From: an uncultured Chloroflexia bacterium
GTDB taxonomy: Bacteria; Chloroflexota; Limnocylindria; Limnocylindrales; CSP1-4
Direction of reading: 5' to 3'
NCBI GenBank assembly: GCA_963763775.1
Contig: CAVXPZ010000001.1
Span: forward strand, 1,312,001 to 1,376,000
DNA length: 64,000 nt
The notes below the pieces were generated by a model. That model had not been told where the DNA came from. It did not search any database and worked only from the letters and a program-made list of their open reading frames with translations. The position numbers and the translations under genes were made by a program. Below are positions 54,301-62,998 of the stretch, piece by piece (position 1 is the first letter of the stretch; every line of letters begins with the position of its first letter).

Positions 54301-57300
54301 TCTCCGGCAAGGGCGGGAACCTCGTGTTCTCCGGCAAGGGCGGGAACTTGTCCTTCTCCGGGACCGGCACCCAGCCGAAGTACTCGGCGGAGGCGTACTC
54401 GAGCGCGCAGCTGAGCTCGCTGATCGCCTTCTCCGCGGCGGACGGGACGCGCTCCAGAGCAGCTCGTCGGCAACACGTTCAACGACACGGGCGAGCTTCT
54501 ACATCCGGATCTCCGGGCGCGAACGGCGCCTTCGACCCGTCGAGCCTGTTCCACCTGACCGTCGCCGAGTCGCCGACGGCGTGCGACAACGCGACGAACG
54601 ACTTCCACCTCGAGGCGCTGCCGGCCGTGGACACGTCGCGGCAGTTCAGCACGATCATCCTCAGCAATCCCGACGACGGCCTTCCTCAACGGGTACAGCG
54701 CGACGACCTTCCCGACCAAGCTCACCTCGCTGGCGGCCCGGCCCGAGGTCGCCGGCAAGGTCGTGGACATCAGCCGCGAGCCCGCGGATCCAGGACCTCA
54801 TCGCCCAGGCCGACGCCCATCCGAACTGCACGTATGCCAAGAACCTCCTGGCCGACGGCATCAAGGCGATCGTCGATTCGCTACCGGCCAGGCAACCCGA
54901 ACCTGAAGTACGTCGTGCTGGTCGGCGGCGACAACACGATCCCGTTCTTCCGCTACCCGGACACGGCCGACCTCGGCGCGGAGTCGACGTTCTTCCCGCC
55001 GGTCGAGCCGGCCAGCCCGTCCGAGGCCAGCCTCCGCCTGAACAACGTCCTGAGCCAGGACGCGTACGGGGCGGCGACGCAGGTCGTGCACGGCGTGGCC
55101 AGCTTCCCGGTGCCGAACCTGGCGGTCGGGCGCCTTGTCGAGACCGCCTCGGATGCCGCCACCGTGATCGATGCCTATCTGAACGGCACGACCAGCGGCA
55201 CCGGTGCGGTCCCCACCCCGACCCGATCCCTGACGACCGGCTATGACTTCATGACCGATGGCGGCGACGTACGTCGCGGGCAGCTTCGCGAGCGGACTCG
55301 CCACGACCGCCACCAAGGACACCCTGATCAACAACACGTGGACCGCGTCGGACCTCAACACGAAGCTCCTTGGCTCGCGCCACGACCTCGTGTTCCTGGC
55401 CGGCCACTTCAGCGCCGACGCGGCGCTGGCCGCTGACTTCAGCACGGTCCTGACCACGGCGCAGCTCAAGGCCTCGACGACCAGCTTCACGAACACGATC
55501 GTCTTCAGCCAGGGCTGCCACTCCGGCTACAACACCGTCGACGGCGACGCCATCCCGAACGTCACCGCCCAGCTCGACTGGGCGCAGGCGTTCGCCCAGA
55601 AGGGCGCGACCCTGATCGGCGGCACCGGCTTCCAGTACGGGGACACCGACCTCGTCGCCTACAGCGAGCAGATCTACGCGAACTTCGCCGACGAGCTGCG
55701 GACGGGCACCGGGGCGATCTCCGTCGGCCAGGCGCTCATCCGGGCGAAGCAGGACTACCTGCGGCAGACGCCCGACATCGGCGGGACCGACACCAAGGCC
55801 CTGCTCGAATCGACCCTCTTCGGCCTGCCGATGATCAGCGTCAACATGCCGGGGACCCGACTCCCGGTGACGACCACCACCTCGCAGGTCGTCGCGCCGA
55901 CGATCGTCCCGTCCGGGCCGGGCGTGGCCCTGGGCCTCCGGACGTCCCCATTCACCGTGACGCCGACCGGCGCCGATGCGCTCACGTCGAAGACCGGCTC
56001 CGGCGGCACCACGTACCTTGTCGGGCCGAAGGGCGGGGTCAACACCAAGCCCAACGAGCCCGTCCTCCCGTTGATCTCGAAGGACGTGTCGGTCACCGGC
56101 CTGACGCTCCGCGGCGTCGGGTTCATGGGCGGCGCGTATCACGACCAGAGCCCCGTCAACCCGCTCGTCAGCTCGCCGGCGACGGAACTGGGTGGCGCGC
56201 CGACCAGCTTCTCGAGTCCGTACCTCTACCCGACCCGGGTGGCCACGGCCAACTACTACGACGCGCTCGGCAACGGGGCGACGCGACTGCAGGTCACGCC
56301 GGTCCAGCACCAGTCGAGTGGCAACGCCTTCACGCGGCGGATCTTCGACGGACTGGACCTCCAGCTCTTCTACAGCTCGACGAACCCCAGCTGTCACGGT
56401 CGGCAACTTCCGGCCCGCGCTCGCGGCCGCGCCGTCCATCCTCGACACCACCGCGACCGACAACGGCGCCGGGGGGATCCGGTTCGATGCGCATGTCGCG
56501 GTCGACCCGGCGGCCGGCATCCAGGACGTCTGGATCGCCTACACCTTCGGGACGCGATGGGACTCGATCCACCTCACCCTCGACCCCGCCGATCCGACGC
56601 ATTGGAGCGGCGTGCTGACGCATTCGTCGGCTGGCCTGAAGTACGTCATCCAGTCGGTCAACGGCGTCGGCATGGTGTCGCTCGACGCCAACGGCGGTGC
56701 CTTCTACGGCATCGCGCAGCCGACCGCCGTCACGCATCCCACGACGCTGGCCGTCCACGCGGCGGCCACCCATGGCGTCTTCGGCTCGACGGTCAGCGTG
56801 ACCGCCGACCTCAGCGGGACCGGGAACATGAGCGGCAAGGCCATCCAGTTCGGCCTCGGCGGCGCGTCAGCGACCGGCACGACCGACAGCAGCGGGCACG
56901 CGTCGGCGACGCTCGCGCTCAACTCCACGCCGGGGGCCTACTCGGTCACGGGCGTCTTCCAGGGTGACACCGCCAACGACCCGTCGTCCGATGTCACGCC
57001 GTTCACGATCGACAAGCTCGGCACGACCATCGCCTTCACCGGCAGCGCGACCAGCGGGCCGGTGAGCACGGACAGCGGCGTCGTGGCGACCCTCAAGGAC
57101 GCCAACAACAAGGCGATCGCCGGGCGGACCGTGTGGTTCGTCGTGACCGACGGCGGCGGCAACGCCGTCTCGCGATCCGTGCTGACGAGCAGCCTGGGCC
57201 AGGCGAAGCTCGGCGTCATCGGGCTCCCCGCCGGGTCGTACACGATCGCCGCCTCCTTCGGCGGCCCGGTGACCCTCCAGCCCGGTTCGGTCCATATCGA

Positions 57301-58159
57301 CCTGACCGACACCACGTATGGAACGTCCACGGCGACCCTCACGCCCTACGCGATCACGAAGAAGGCCGCGACGATCGGCTACACCGGGAACCGCTTCTGG
57401 TCCGCGGGCACCGGCACGACGGCCAGCGTCCTGTTCACCGGCCAGGTCACGCCCGCCGTCGGCGGGACGCTCCCGGCCAGCAACGTCGTCGACTTCCAGT
57501 ACTTCAGCTCGGCGACGCCGACCGTCAAGGCCGGCGACTGCGTCGGCACCATCGACGACACCGGTCTCGCGACCTGCACCAAGGCACTCGGCCTCGACGA
57601 CTGGATCGTCGTGATGACCATCCCGGCCACGAACGGCTACTACACGGCCCCGGACGCCGACTCCGTCGTCGTCACCGTGTACCAGACCACGGCCGCGAAG
57701 TACGCGACCGGTGCCGGCCACGTGATCGACCCGAGCACGAACAACATCCCGGTCAAGGTCTCTCCGACCAAGAACAAGGGCACGTTCGGGTTCGCCGTCA
57801 GCTACAAGACCGGCACGACGCCGCAGGGCATCGCGATCTACTCGTTCCGCGGCAACGACGGCTACGACTACATCTTCACCACCACGAGCTGGACTGGCGG
57901 CGGCCTCTCCTTCGGGACGAGCGCCACCACCGCGTCGTTCAGCAGCAAGTGCGCGGTGACGGTCATCAATCCGGCCACACGCAAGGTGGTGTCCGGATTG
58001 GGCGGCACGAACTTCACGTGCCGGTATGACGTGACCGACGGTTCCACCGACAAGTTCGCGATGAGCGCCTATACATCGACCGGCGTCCTGTACCACCAGG
58101 TCGGCACCGCGTCGAGCCAGATCGCGATCGGCTCCGGCGGGATCGTCGTCAAGAAGTAA
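51363..58159 (+). CDS. Giant (~2,250 aa) secreted multidomain protein: DUF642/choice-of-anchor C-like, CSLREA, beta-helix, PPC-like domain with peptide repeats, C25/caspase-fold peptidase, Ig-like; heavily frameshifted
   Basis: Signal peptide (RSRVSRSLVAFLPVLFVFGATFAP); NIVSNGSFE..GIVIDDVS; DCTLREAIDAAN; RWYKFTV..DYDLLLF; LKYVVLVGGDNTIPFFRYPD; FLAGHFS and SQGCHSG; Thr-rich Ig repeats ending GGIVVKK*. Fragments were joined manually across frames. Confidence 0.72.
54153..54356 (+). repeat. Coding tandem repeat: 7 x 27 bp (SG[K/R]GGNL[S/A/G/V]F) with one 15-bp SGDVF interruption
   Basis: Units TC(C/G)GGC(AAG/CGC)GGCGGGAAC(CTG/CTC/TTG)NNNTTC at 54153, 54180, 54207, 54234, 54261, 54303 and 54330. 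Confidence 0.95.
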
Positions 58160-58211
58160 CGGCGGCCCGGACCGGGCATGAAGGGGGACGGGTCCGCCCC
58201 GGAAGGGTAGG

Positions 58212-59369
58212 TCAGACCCGTCCCCGCGGCACCGTGTGCCAGTACGTCTTGTTGAAGACGATCTTGCCCAGGTGCCAGAGCTGATTCGGCTTCGGCGGCC
58301 GCGGCGGGTGGTCGTAGTCGAACTGGAGCAACGTGCCCTTGCCGTCGCCGATCTCGAAGAAGCACATGACCTTGCCCGCGTAGTCGGCGTGCTTGCCTGA
58401 GGGCGCTCGGCCCTCCACCAGCGCGACGATCCGCTCGGCGACCACGGGCGCCTCGAAGTGCGCGGTCGAGCCCGCCTTCGAGAGCGGCAGGTCGGTCGCG
58501 TCGCCGAGGGCGAAGACGTTCGGGCGACCCCCGACCTGGAGCGTGTGCCGGTCCGTCGGGAGCCAGCCGCCCGGCGCGGGCGCCAGCCCGGCGTCCATCA
58601 GGAACTGCTGGCCCTTGTGCGGCGGCACGAGGATGAGCAGGTCGTACGGCAGCTCCTCGCCCTCGAGGCTCTGGACGAGCTTGTGCTCGGGATCGATGGC
58701 CTCGACGTTGAAGAACGTGTGCAGCTCGATGCCTTTGCTCTCGAGGATGGGCGTCGCCATCTCGCTGACGGATTCGATCGTGAACGCGCGACCGATCGGC
58801 GAGCAGAAGTCGATCGTCGTCCGGTCGCGAAGCCCTCGCTCGCGCATCTCGGACTCGATGAGGAACGCGACCTCCAGTGGCGCCGGAGGGCACTTGTACG
58901 GCATCCCGGCGATCCCGATGACGATGCGCCCGCCGTCGAAGCGATCGAGCGCGGTCCGGAGCTCCTGGGCGGCCCGGGCGGTGTAGAAGTGGTTGGCCTC
59001 GGTCTCGAAGTGCTCGATCGCCTCCGGGACGATCCGCGACCCGGTCGCGAGCACGAGGAACTCGTAACCGATCTGGAGCCCGTCCTCGAGGGTCACCCGG
59101 TGCTGGTCCTCCTCGACCGACGCGACGGCCCCCACGACGAGCGTCACCCGCTTGTCCAGCAGCGACAGCTCGGGTCGAGTGAGGTTCGCGGCTCGCTCGC
59201 CGCCCATCGCGATGTACATGAAGCCGGGCTGGTAGACGTGGTTCCCGGTCGCGTCCACGACCATGACCTCGACGTCGCCGGCATCGATCCGGTGCTTGAG
59301 CTTGCGCGAGAGCAGGTTCGCGGTCAGGGTGCCGCCGACACCGCCGCCCAGGATGAGGATCCGTTGCAT
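58212..59369 (-). CDS. Sulfide:quinone oxidoreductase-like flavoprotein
   Basis: ILGGGVGG, HVYQPG, YKCPPAPLE, FALGDA, KAGS and VMCFFE motifs. Confidence 0.85.
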   Translation of the reverse strand: MQRILILGGGVGGTLTANLLSRKLKHRIDAGDVEVMVVDATGNHVYQPGFMYIAMGGERAANLTRPELSLLDKRVTLVVGAVASVEEDQHRVTLEDGLQIGYEFLVLATGSRIVPEAIEHFETEANHFYTARAAQELRTALDRFDGGRIVIGIAGMPYKCPPAPLEVAFLIESEMRERGLRDRTTIDFCSPIGRAFTIESVSEMATPILESKGIELHTFFNVEAIDPEHKLVQSLEGEELPYDLLILVPPHKGQQFLMDAGLAPAPGGWLPTDRHTLQVGGRPNVFALGDATDLPLSKAGSTAHFEAPVVAERIVALVEGRAPSGKHADYAGKVMCFFEIGDGKGTLLQFDYDHPPRPPKPNQLWHLGKIVFNKTYWHTVPRGRV

Positions 59370-59375
59370 GACGAC

Positions 59376-59639
59376 CTACCGCAGCTTCTCGACGATGATC
59401 TCGTCGTAGCCCTCGCGCGCCTCGAGCGCGACCAGGCGATGGCCGGCCTTCTCGACCCACTTGGGGATGTCGGTCTTCGAGCCTTGGTCGGAGGAGTAGA
59501 CGCTGATCACGTCTCCGACGGCACCCTCGCGGATCGCCCGGATGAGCTCCATCAGCGGACCCGGGCAGAAGCTGCCGCGGGCGTCGACGACACGAGTGGG
59601 GGCCGGGGCAGTGGCGATGGTCTCGGTCATGGCGTTCAC
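59376..59639 (-). CDS. TusA/SirA family sulfurtransferase
   Basis: VDARGSFCPGPL..DIPKW. Confidence 0.9.
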   Translation of the reverse strand: MNAMTETIATAPAPTRVVDARGSFCPGPLMELIRAIREGAVGDVISVYSSDQGSKTDIPKWVEKAGHRLVALEAREGYDEIIVEKLR

Positions 59640-59645
59640 GCCTTC

Positions 59646-60203
59646 CTAGATGAACAGTGGGACGGAGTTCTCGGTCATCATCCCGATGACCGTGGCGGCG
59701 CCGACCGGCTCGCCCATGCCCTCGATCATGTCCTCCGGCTTGAGGCCGAACATGTCCATGGTCATCTGGCACGGGATGAACTCGACACCGAGCTCCTGGG
59801 CTGCCTCGAGGAGCTCCTTGGGGCTCGCGACGTGGTACTCCTTGGCGAGCTTGCGCATCATCCAGGGACCCATCCCGAGGAAGTTCATCTTCGAGAGCTT
59901 CCGGTGGCTGATGCCCGGGCGCTGCATGGCGGACAGCATCTTCTGCATCCAGTTCTCGCCGGTGATCCGGACGTCGTCGCGGACGAAGACCTGGAGGCCC
60001 CAGAACGTGACGAAGACGCGCGTCTTCACGCCCATGGCGGCGCTCGTGGAGGCGAGGATCATCGTGGCCCAGACCTTCTCGAGGTCGCCGCTGTAGTCGA
60101 TGATGAGGATGTCCTTGGGGGGTGCCTGCACCTCGGCCTCGAAGGCCGCGGCAGGGATCGTCGCGGGCACCCCGGTCGGGATGTCCAACGTGGCGGTGGT
60201 CAT
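59646..60203 (-). CDS. DsrE/DsrF/DrsH-like (DsrE2-type) sulfur relay protein
   Basis: YSGDLEK..FVTFWGL..LSKMNFLGMG..IPCQMTMDMFG. Confidence 0.88.
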   Translation of the reverse strand: MTTATLDIPTGVPATIPAAAFEAEVQAPPKDILIIDYSGDLEKVWATMILASTSAAMGVKTRVFVTFWGLQVFVRDDVRITGENWMQKMLSAMQRPGISHRKLSKMNFLGMGPWMMRKLAKEYHVASPKELLEAAQELGVEFIPCQMTMDMFGLKPEDMIEGMGEPVGAATVIGMMTENSVPLFI

Positions 60204-60213
60204 CGCGATCGCC

Positions 60214-60450
60214 TCAATTCCGACGGATGACGAAGCGGTACACGGCTCCGTCCGATGTCTGCTCGATGAGGTCGTTCCCCGTGGATCGGCACCACGCGGC
60301 GACATCCTTGATGGAACCCGGGTCGGTCGCGAGCAGCTCGACGACGCTTCCGGCGGTCAGGCCCTTGACGGCCTGCGCGGTCTTGACGATCGGCATCGGG
60401 CACGAGAGGCCTCGGGCGTCGATCAGCTGATCGATCTCGACGACACCCAT
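60214..60450 (-). CDS. TusA family sulfurtransferase
   Basis: IDARGLSCPMPIVKT..ATDPGS..AWC; SD AAGGAG. Confidence 0.9.
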   Translation of the reverse strand: MGVVEIDQLIDARGLSCPMPIVKTAQAVKGLTAGSVVELLATDPGSIKDVAAWCRSTGNDLIEQTSDGAVYRFVIRRN

Positions 60451-60470
60451 GACGGACTCCTTCCTGCGGA

Positions 60471-60884
60471 CTAGATGAAGACGACCTGGCCGTCGCCGGC
60501 ATTCAGGTAGAAGGCCGTGACACCCTCGACCCCGTCCACGAGTGGGTCGAGGTCGCCGGCATCGAGATGGAGCAGGTCCATCGAGAGCGAGCACGCCTCG
60601 ATGTCGACGCCGCCGAGGTCCTTGGCCTGCCGCAGCGTCTCGGCCCAGCTCGCCTGGCCGGCGCGCGCGAGCGCGTCGACGGCCGCGCGACCCGCCGGAC
60701 CCGCCTCGGGCGCCAGGCCGTGGTCACCACCGATCCGGTCGGCGCGGAACGCATCGAGCGCCCAGTACTGCAGGAAGATGTTCACCGGCTTGCCGAGTGC
60801 GGCGGCGCCGGCGGTCAGCACCGCGGCGGCCTGCAGCTTGTCATCGGTTCCGGAGAAGAGGACCAGGTTGAGGGGTTCGTCCAC
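60471..60884 (-). CDS. DsrE family protein
   Basis: LVLFSGTDDK..IFLQYWAL..IEACSLSMDLL. Confidence 0.82.
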   Translation of the reverse strand: MDEPLNLVLFSGTDDKLQAAAVLTAGAAALGKPVNIFLQYWALDAFRADRIGGDHGLAPEAGPAGRAAVDALARAGQASWAETLRQAKDLGGVDIEACSLSMDLLHLDAGDLDPLVDGVEGVTAFYLNAGDGQVVFI

Positions 60885-60888
60885 GGGG

Positions 60889-61254
60889 TCACCTCGGGAA
60901 GGGGGCTGCCAGAGCCGCAGGCAGCGGGCTCGGGGCCGTCGGGGACGCGGCCGAAAGGGCGGCCAGCCTCGTGAGGCGTCGCTCGAGGACCGCGCGCATG
61001 ATCCCGCACGCGACCATCACGTCCGGGTCGGACAACCGATAGCGGACCTCCCGGCCGTCGCGCTCGGCCTCCACCATGCCGGCGGTCCGGAGCACCGCGA
61101 GGTGCTGCGACACGTTGGGCTGGCTGAGGCCGAGTTCGCCGGCCAGGCGGCCCACCTCGCTCGGGCCGCTCGAGAGTCGGTGCAGGATCTCGAGGCGACG
61201 CGGGCTGGCGAGGGTCTTGAGGACCTCGGCCTGGAGGATCGTGATCTCGTCCAT
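60889..61254 (-). CDS. ArsR/SmtB family transcriptional regulator
   Basis: LKTLASPRRLEIL..SQPNVSQHLAVLR..RDGREVRYRL..VACGIM. Confidence 0.9.
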   Translation of the reverse strand: MDEITILQAEVLKTLASPRRLEILHRLSSGPSEVGRLAGELGLSQPNVSQHLAVLRTAGMVEAERDGREVRYRLSDPDVMVACGIMRAVLERRLTRLAALSAASPTAPSPLPAALAAPFPR

Positions 61255-61271
61255 GACCAGAGCATCGGCCC

Positions 61272-61287
61272 ATGCGCATGTGCGCAT
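61272..61287. promoter_or_regulatory. Inverted repeat ATGCGCA-N2-TGCGCAT, candidate ArsR operator
   Basis: Perfect 7-2-7 palindrome 17 bp upstream of the arsR start. Confidence 0.5.
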
Positions 61288-61334
61288 CAGTGCCGTGGGT
61301 CATGCCGCCGCGGGTCCCGGACCGGGCCATCCGC

Positions 61335-61348
61335 GGGCCCTTCGGCCC
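61335..61348. promoter_or_regulatory. DevR/DosR-box-like palindrome GGGCCCTTCGGCCC
   Basis: Resembles GGGACNNNNGTCCC-type boxes; a DevR/DevS-like pair lies about 1 kb away. GC-rich, so a chance match is possible. Confidence 0.3.
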
Positions 61349-61388
61349 CCACCCTTGCCGTTCGGTGTCGGGCCTCTGGGAGCGGGCC

Positions 61389-61407
61389 GCTCTCAGCCGG
61401 CTCTCAG
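61389..61407 (+). promoter_or_regulatory. Direct repeat GCTCTCAG x2 with 11-bp period (OmpR/MprA-type box) upstream of yceI
   Basis: GCTCTCAG at 61389-61396 and 61400-61407. Confidence 0.45.
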
Positions 61408-61476
61408 GGATCCGTGCGACCCTTGGGACATCGTGAGGACCCGCGGCCGGTGCCGCATCGCCCTGGAGATCGCCCG

Positions 61477-62265
61477 ATGACCCGCAATCGAACCATCGCC
61501 ATCGTCGGCGCCGTCGTCCTGCTCGGTGCGGTCGGCCTGTATGTCGCGTACGACCAGGTCCTGCGCGGTGACTCGGTCGCTCCGCTGGCCCTGCCGTCCA
61601 CCGCGGCCGGAGCGACGGCCACGGCCGCGGCGACCGATGTCGCCGCCGGGGCCTCCGCCGATCCGATAGCTAGCGACGCGGCGGCCCCCTCGGCGAGCTC
61701 GGGCACCGTCACGGATGGCTCGGTCGCCGGCACCTGGAACGTCACGGCGGGTAGCGAGGCCGGGTACCGCGTCCGCGAGCAGCTCGCCAACCTGCCGGCG
61801 GAATCGGATGCGGTGGGACGGACCAGCGACGTGTCCGGGTCGATCACCCTGGCCGCCGCCGGCGACGGCGCGCAACTCACTGGCGGCACCATCACGGTCA
61901 ACACGACGACCATCGCCTCCGATGAGAGCCGGCGGGACAACCGGATGCGGTCCGAGGGGCTCCAGACGGACCAGTTCCCGACCGCCACGTTCACGATCAC
62001 CCAGCCCGTCGACATCCCTGCCGCGGCCCTGGCCGGAACGGCGACCGACATCACGCTGACCGGCGACCTCACGTTGCACGGCGTCACGAAGTCGGTCCAG
62101 ATCCCGGCCAAGGCGCAGCTCCAGGACGGGCAGATCCAGGTCGCCGGCGCGATCACCTTCCCGCTGGCGGACTACTCGATCACGGCCCCGAACATCGGCG
62201 GGTTCATCGTCTCGATCGCCGACCAGGGGGCCCTCGAGTTCCTCGTGGCGTTCGCGCCGGCCTGA
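61477..62265 (+). CDS. Membrane-anchored YceI family protein
   Basis: SEAGYRVREQL..SDESRRDN..TDQFPTATF..GDLTLHGVTK. Confidence 0.88.
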   Translation: MTRNRTIAIVGAVVLLGAVGLYVAYDQVLRGDSVAPLALPSTAAGATATAAATDVAAGASADPIASDAAAPSASSGTVTDGSVAGTWNVTAGSEAGYRVREQLANLPAESDAVGRTSDVSGSITLAAAGDGAQLTGGTITVNTTTIASDESRRDNRMRSEGLQTDQFPTATFTITQPVDIPAAALAGTATDITLTGDLTLHGVTKSVQIPAKAQLQDGQIQVAGAITFPLADYSITAPNIGGFIVSIADQGALEFLVAFAPA

Positions 62266-62320
62266 GGCCGGGCGCGACGCGCGGCCGAGGGCAGTCCCGC
62301 CGGCCCGACCCCGGCGTTGC

Positions 62321-62998
62321 CTAGCTCGAGCGGCCGCTGTCCAGGCGGTGCTTGGCGACGAAGGCCGCCGCCTGGGCCCGGCGCTCGAGGTTCAGCTTCG
62401 AGAGGATCGAGCTGACGTAGTTCTTGACCGTCTTGTCGGACAGGAAGATCTCCGCGGCGATCTCCTTGTTGGTCTTGCCCTCGGCGACGAGCAGCAGGAT
62501 CCGCTGCTCCTGCGCGGTCAGCGCCGCCATCTCGTCGACTTCCGAACCGGTCGCGATCCGCCGGATCCGCTCGAGCACCTTCGTCGTGACCGCGGGGTCC
62601 AGCAGGGACTCGCCGCGGCCGACGGCTTCCAGGGCGGTGACGAGGTCACGGGCCCGGATCTGCTTGAGCAGGTAGCCCGACGCCCCGGCCACGATCGCCG
62701 AGAGCACGGCCTCCTCGTCCGGGTACGAGGTGAGCATCACGACGCGCGTGTCCTCGAATTCGGCCCGGATCTCGCGGCACGCCTCCACGCCCGACCCGTC
62801 CGGCAGCCGGACGTCCATGATCACGATGTCGGGTCGATGTCGTCGCGCCTGCTCGATCGATTCGGCGGCGGTGCCCGCCTCGGCGACCACCTGGAAGTTC
62901 TCGCGTCGGTCCAGGAGCGCCACCAGACCCTGCCGGACGACCTCGTGGTCGTCGACGATGAGCAGGCGATGGATCTTCGCTGGGACGCTGTCCGTCAC
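62321..62998 (-). CDS. NarL/DevR-type response regulator
   Basis: IVDDHEVVR, MDVRLPDGSG, GYLLK and TNKEIA..KTVKNYVSSILSKL motifs. Confidence 0.93.
   Translation of the reverse strand: MTDSVPAKIHRLLIVDDHEVVRQGLVALLDRRENFQVVAEAGTAAESIEQARRHRPDIVIMDVRLPDGSGVEACREIRAEFEDTRVVMLTSYPDEEAVLSAIVAGASGYLLKQIRARDLVTALEAVGRGESLLDPAVTTKVLERIRRIATGSEVDEMAALTAQEQRILLLVAEGKTNKEIAAEIFLSDKTVKNYVSSILSKLNLERRAQAAAFVAKHRLDSGRSS

Noticed and set aside
54153-54356. 27-bp repeats as a CRISPR array
   Set aside because: No spacers, in-frame coding with synonymous variation, and no cas genes.
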